A stretch of 64,000 nucleotides of DNA from NCBI GenBank assembly GCA_964016885.1, contig OZ024763.1:558001-622000 (forward strand). Reading direction: 5' to 3'. This document shows, piece after piece, positions 58,560-64,000 of the stretch (the stretch's first letter is position 1; every line of letters begins with the position of its first letter). A program made the translations under genes and the position numbers. The notes under the pieces are model-generated. The model saw only the letters and a program-made list of their open reading frames with translations, had not been told where the DNA came from and did no database searches. Source of the DNA: Eledone cirrhosa. Its lineage: Eukaryota.

Positions 58560-59689
58560 CCCGGTAAGTAATACTATTTGGGGTGGGAGATAAATAGTAA
58601 CATTTAAGTGACACCTGCCCCTACTTCACTGACTAGAAGTGGGGGTCGCCTGTAAATACGACATCAACGTACTGAGAAAACAGTATTTAGCACTGGAGGG
58701 GTGGTGGGGGAGGTGGTATAGCGGGTTTGTGGCGTGGCGTGGTGGTGGGGACTGTGGCATGCATACATACCCGTACACATGGAGGTGTACATACAGGCAT
58801 GCACACACATATATGCATACTTATATACATACATGCATATACACAGACAGGCATATTCAGTCAGATACACAGACATGGACACACACATACTTTCACATTC
58901 ATACACAGAACCTCTCTCACAGATATACACATACATTCACACAGGCATACTTTCATAGACCCACACATACAGTCACACACAAATACTGACATACACACAG
59001 GCATACATTCACAGACCCACACATTAACAGACCTCCACACAGCCAGCCAGACGTGACCCCTAAAATCTGTTGTTTATACGATAGCTGCTGTTTTTATCAC
59101 CGACATTCGAGAGATTTCTTTTGAGAAAACCTTCTCTTTCCTACTTAAAACATGTTCACTTGGTTTCTTTTACAATCTAAATACGTCCTCTCTTTCTCCT
59201 TTCTAGAGAGCTTCACTGACTTACCTCCCCTTTTTACTCATTCTTTCTCTTTCGACCCTTCTATCTTTTTCTCTTCCTACTCTTTCTCTCTTTTTTCCCC
59301 ATTCTTTCTTTCTTTTTCTTTCTCTCTTTCCTTCTCTCCCACTCGTTCCTTCTCTTTTCCTTTCATTCTTTATTTTCCCCTTCTCTCCCTCATTCGTTTC
59401 TTTCGTTCTTTCTCTTTCTTTCTTTTTCTTTCTCTCGCTCATTCCCTTTCCCTTTTCTCGCTCATTCCCTTTTCTTTTCTTTCTTTCCCTCTCCTTCCTT
59501 CTCTCTTTACCTTTTATTTTTTCTTGTTTGTCCTTCCCTCTCTCCGTCTTCTAGTTCCTTCTTTCTTTCTATTTCGTTCCCCCTTCCCCACCAACATCTA
59601 ACTTCTGAGACCTGACCTCGTTGTTGTTGTTGTTGTGGTTGATAGACCGTTGTTCGTTCCTGTAACAATATAAACTATTGCCATCATCA

Positions 59690-60705
59690 ACACCACCACC
59701 ACTACTACTACCATCACCACCACCACCACCACTACTACCATCACCACCAACACCACCACTACTACCACCAGCACCGCCACCAACACCACCACTACTACCA
59801 TCACCACCTCCACCAACACCACCACTACTACCACCAGCACCGCCACCAACACCACCACTACTACCACCAGCACCGCCACCAACACCACCACTACTACCAT
59901 CACCACCGCCACCAACACCACCACTACTACCATCACCACCGCCACCAACACCACCACTACTACCATCACCACCGCCACCAACACCACCACTACTACCATC
60001 ACCACCGCCACCAACACCACCACTACCACCATCACCACCGCCACCAACACCAACACTACTACCATCACCAACACCACCTCCACTACCACTACCGACACCA
60101 CCACTACTACCAACACCATCACCACCATTATCACCAACACCACCACCACCACTATCACCCACACTATTAACACCACCACCACTACCAACACCACCACCAC
60201 CACCACCACTATCACCCACACTATTAACACCACCACAACACCACCACCACTATCACCCACACTATTAACACCACTACTACTACCACCACTAACACCCACA
60301 CTATTAACACCACCACAACTACTACCAACACCACCACCAACACCAACACCACCATTATCACCAACACCACCACCATCACCACCACCACTATCACCCACAC
60401 TATTAACGCCACTACTACTACCACCACTATCACCCACACTATTAACACCACCACAACTACCACCACTACTACCAACACCACCACCAACACCAACACCACC
60501 ATTATCACCAACACCACCACCAACACCAACACCACCATTATCACCAACACCACCACCACCAACACCACCACCACTATCACCCACACTATTAACACCACCA
60601 CAACTACCAACACCACTACCACTATCACCCACACTATTAACGCCACTACTACTACCACCACCACTATCACCCACACTATTAACACCACCACCACCACCGC
60701 CGCCA
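59690..60705 (+). repeat. (ACC)n-based compound minisatellite
   Basis: 33-bp sub-units, then ACTATCACCCACACTATTAAC anchors. Confidence 0.9.
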
Positions 60706-61435
60706 CCCTATTTAGTATTCCAACACTTAACCGTTGTTGTCACCACCCAGGGGTAACATACCCCCTACCCACCGCGTACACAACCCTGGGTATTATGTCT
60801 TGTTCACCGCCTATCGCATGAATCAGCTATTTGTGTGTGTGTGTATATATGTGTATATATGTGTGTGTGTGTGTAGTCTATATATGTATGCGGATTCGTA
60901 TGTGTGAATATATGTAAGTGTGTATGTATATGTTATATGTATATAAGTAGTGTATGTATGTTATGCATGTGTATATACACACATAAATATGTAATGTAAT
61001 GTAATGTATGTATATACATATATATATATATTATATATATATATATATATATGTGTGTGTATGTATGTTGAATGTACCAGAATGACCTGTTACTCTTATT
61101 TCACTACTGTCTGTTTGTATGTCCGCTTGTCTCTGTCTGTCTGCCTGTCTCTCTGTCTGCCTGTCTGTCTCTCTTTCTCTCTCTGTCTGCCTGTCTGTCT
61201 CTCTCTCTCTCTCTGTCTCTCTGTCTCTCTTTCTCTCTCTGTCTGCCTGTCTCTCTGTCTGTCAGCCTGTCTCTCTCTCTGTCTGTCAGCCTGTCTCTCT
61301 CTCTCTGTCTGTCAGCCTGTCTCTCTCTCTCTGTCTGCCTGTTTGTCTCACTGTCTCTATGTCTATCTGTCTCTCTGTCTGTCAGCCTGTCTCTCTCTCT
61401 CTGTCTTTCAGCCTGTCTCTCTCTCTGTCTGTCAG

Positions 61436-61506
<71 letters not shown>

Positions 61507-61620
61507 GTCAGCCTGTCTGTCTGTCTGTCTCTCTGTCAGCCTGTCTGTCTGTCTCTCTCTATCTCTCTCTATCTCTATCTCTCTATCTCTCTGTCTCTCT
61601 GTCTGTCTCTCTCTCTGTCT

Positions 61621-61719
<99 letters not shown>

Positions 61720-62026
61720 ACTCTCTCTCTCTCGCTCTAACCAGACCCTCTTCTGACAGTAAACAGCACCACACTTGATTTTAAAAGGGATAAAAACAAC
61801 AAAACAAAAACAAAAACAAACTAAGAAATCCCTCCCCCTTGTTCGTTGTCGGCTCATTTTCTTAGGGGGTAAGGGGATAGGTTAGTGTTTGGTGTGTGGG
61901 TGGTGGTGAGTGTGGTGGGGGCCTCGAACAGACGCGGTGTGGTTAAGACATGCATTTATTACCATCAACAACCCCACATCTCACGCTACTCTGTAATAAT
62001 TACGTTTGTTGTAATAGTAACAAAAC

Positions 62027-62585
62027 TGGTTTCTACTTTAGGCACAAGGCCAGCAATTTTGGGCCAGAGGGGGGGAGGGGGAAGTCGATTCAAACGCCCT
62101 CAGTGCATTACTGGGTACCTTGGACGGATTTGAAATCACACCGTAAAGGGCCATAACTCTGCTTCAAAGCATGATGTCCGGCGCCTCAACGATGGTTTCT
62201 ACTTTAGGCACAAGGCCTGCAATTTTAGCGGGAGCGGAAGGGAAAGTTGATTAAATTGACCCCAGTGTAAGCATGACAGATACTTCATTTATCGACCCCG
62301 TAAAGACGAAAGGCAAAGCTAACCTCGGCAGAGTGTAAAGGGCCATGACTCTAAGACGCAAATCATGTTGTCAGACGCTCTACCAATTACTGACAATCCA
62401 CCACCCTAATAATAATAATAATTGTTTCTACTTTTGGCACAAGGCCAGCCATTACCCAGTACATTACTGGTACTTTATTTTATCGACCCCGTAAGGATGA
62501 AAGGCAAAGTTAACCTCGGCGGGATTTGAACTCAGAACGTAAAGGGCCATCACTCTATGCTTCACAGCATGGTGTCTGACGCTCT
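62027..62585 (-). mobile_element. Three tandem family 1 SINE copies
   Basis: GTTTCTACTTT.GGCACAAGGCC starts at ~62029, ~62195 and ~62424. Confidence 0.85.
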
Positions 62586-63129
62586 AAAGAAGAACCCTTT
62601 TTTTTTTTTTCGGAAGGGAAGAAACTATGTAACAACTTCCTAGAGATACATACTTCTTGTGTTTTATTATACTGACACATATATATATATATATATATAT
62701 ATACTAAATTTAGCTCTGTAACTTACATAGAGCACTCTTCACTCCTATGACTTTTTCACTTTTCAACGGAAACTTCAATACACAAACACACACAATCACA
62801 CACATACACAACATACACACACACTGTTGTTGAACCACCATGGCTGTACGGTGAGAGAGAAGGCGGAGACGAGGTGCGACGGCCGGCTCAAATACAGCAA
62901 ATAAACTACTATTGTCAGACGTTTAAGAAAAAGAAAGCCTTTAACTAAACATATAATAATGTTTTGTGTAATGAGTTAACACTGTAAATTGTAATTAAAA
63001 CGTAATATAATTGTAGCTTGGAACATACTGTCTTTTTACAACCTGTCAACTGACGTTTTGATGTATTTCATTTTGGTACAGTTGTATTGTACTGTCTTCT
63101 AACACATTATATGCATGTGTGTACATGGG

Positions 63130-63169
<40 letters not shown>

Positions 63170-63173
<4 letters not shown>

Positions 63174-63375
63174 AAAAAGTAGGACTCCGACGGTAGAGCT
63201 CAAGCCGTTTCGACGGCTATTTCTGGACTAAATAGTCCAGAAATAGCCGTCGAAACGGCTTCAGCTCTGCCGTCGGGGTCATACTTTTCCTATTACCCAC
63301 TCTACTACCCTAAATATTTAGTACTCTGGTGCGTTATGGTCCAACTGGTTCCTGACCACAATTCCTTCGTTATAT
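63170..63375 (+). mobile_element. Family C copy (opposite orientation), ~60-bp hairpin arms
   Basis: GACGGCTATTTCTGGACTA aa TAGTCCAGAAATAGCCGTC-GAAACGGC...GCCGTC^GGGGTC. Confidence 0.78.
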
Positions 63376-63417
63376 ACGATGAGTGTGTTTAAGTCCAATG
63401 CACTCTAGTATTTTAAT

Positions 63418-63466
<49 letters not shown>

Positions 63467-63469
63467 TCT

Positions 63470-64000
63470 AATTTTTTTTTCTAAGGCGGGTAAAATTCCC
63501 GAGATCCATGGACGAGTTCTCTACAGCGGTCTCTGTCCCTCATTATCGCTGCCATGTCCTGCGTCTCCAACAGACCAGTGTCTGTCCTTAGGGTATCAAC
63601 ATACGTTAACCTTGGTCTTCCTCTTCTAGTGTGTCCATGTAGGGGCTCCCAAAGGAGCACTGAGTGCAATGTCAACTCTGGATGTCGGTGAGCATGTCCA
63701 GCTAACCTCACTCTCCTCTGTGTCACTGCTCTACACCAACACCAAAGCCCAAGTCATTACACCTGATGGGATGACAGAGTTCTTTGAGATACTGGCTGGA
63801 GTGCTCCAGGGAGATACATTGGCTCCCTACCTTTTTATCATCGTAGTGGACTATTGTATGCGCCTTGCACTGGAGAAACACCAGGACTCTGGCTTTACTG
63901 TGGCACCGGCTCAGAGCAGGAGAGTTAGGGCGAAAAAGGTATCGGATGCTGAATTTGCCGACAAAATAGTTTTGGTGACAAATACAGTGAAGGAGGCAGA
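63470..64000. mobile_element. RTE-group LINE with internal inversion (3' end on minus, RT core on plus), runs off the window
   Basis: Minus 63481-63726: RRVRLAGHAHRHPE..LLWEPLHGHTRRGRPRLTYVDTL followed by poly(A). Plus from 63729: LYTNTKAQVITPDGMTEFFEILAGVLQGDTLAPYLFIIVVDY...EFADKIVL (RT motifs, FADD mutated to FADK). Confidence 0.9.

Overview
Eukaryotic, very microsatellite-rich, AT-rich genomic DNA. The tRNA-derived SINEs and RTE LINEs look like those of an octopod cephalopod (inferred from recall, not searched). Nearly all ORFs in the supplied track are translations of simple repeats. I found one host exon: a 106-nt internal coding exon (36721-36826, +) encoding part of the BAH domain of an RERE/Atrophin-2 homologue. 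The window is therefore mostly two very large introns. These hold four RTE-group LINE 3' fragments (one 5'-inverted), many SINE copies from about 3 families, a Tc1/mariner MITE, several mini/satellites and a 200-N gap. The most interesting hidden layer is at least 8 families of short elements inserted in (TA)n tracts. They are often fold-back (inverted-repeat) structures and carry type I hammerhead ribozyme motifs (CUGANGA...GAAA..UH), about 15 full motifs plus several 3' halves. One motif is fully intact with an unusually long (~105 nt) stem II and lies downstream of a GIY-YIG-like ORF end. These are best read as Penelope-like-element pseudo-LTR remnants or retrozyme-like elements. Also notable: a 30-bp minisatellite carrying about 45 perfect NF-kB sites (GGGACTTTCC) 2.6 kb downstream of the exon, a 162/118-bp higher-order satellite built from a pogo-like TIR, inverted SINE pairs (candidate ADAR substrates) and a CTCF-like site. 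All coordinates and pairings were read by eye; repeat boundaries are approximate.
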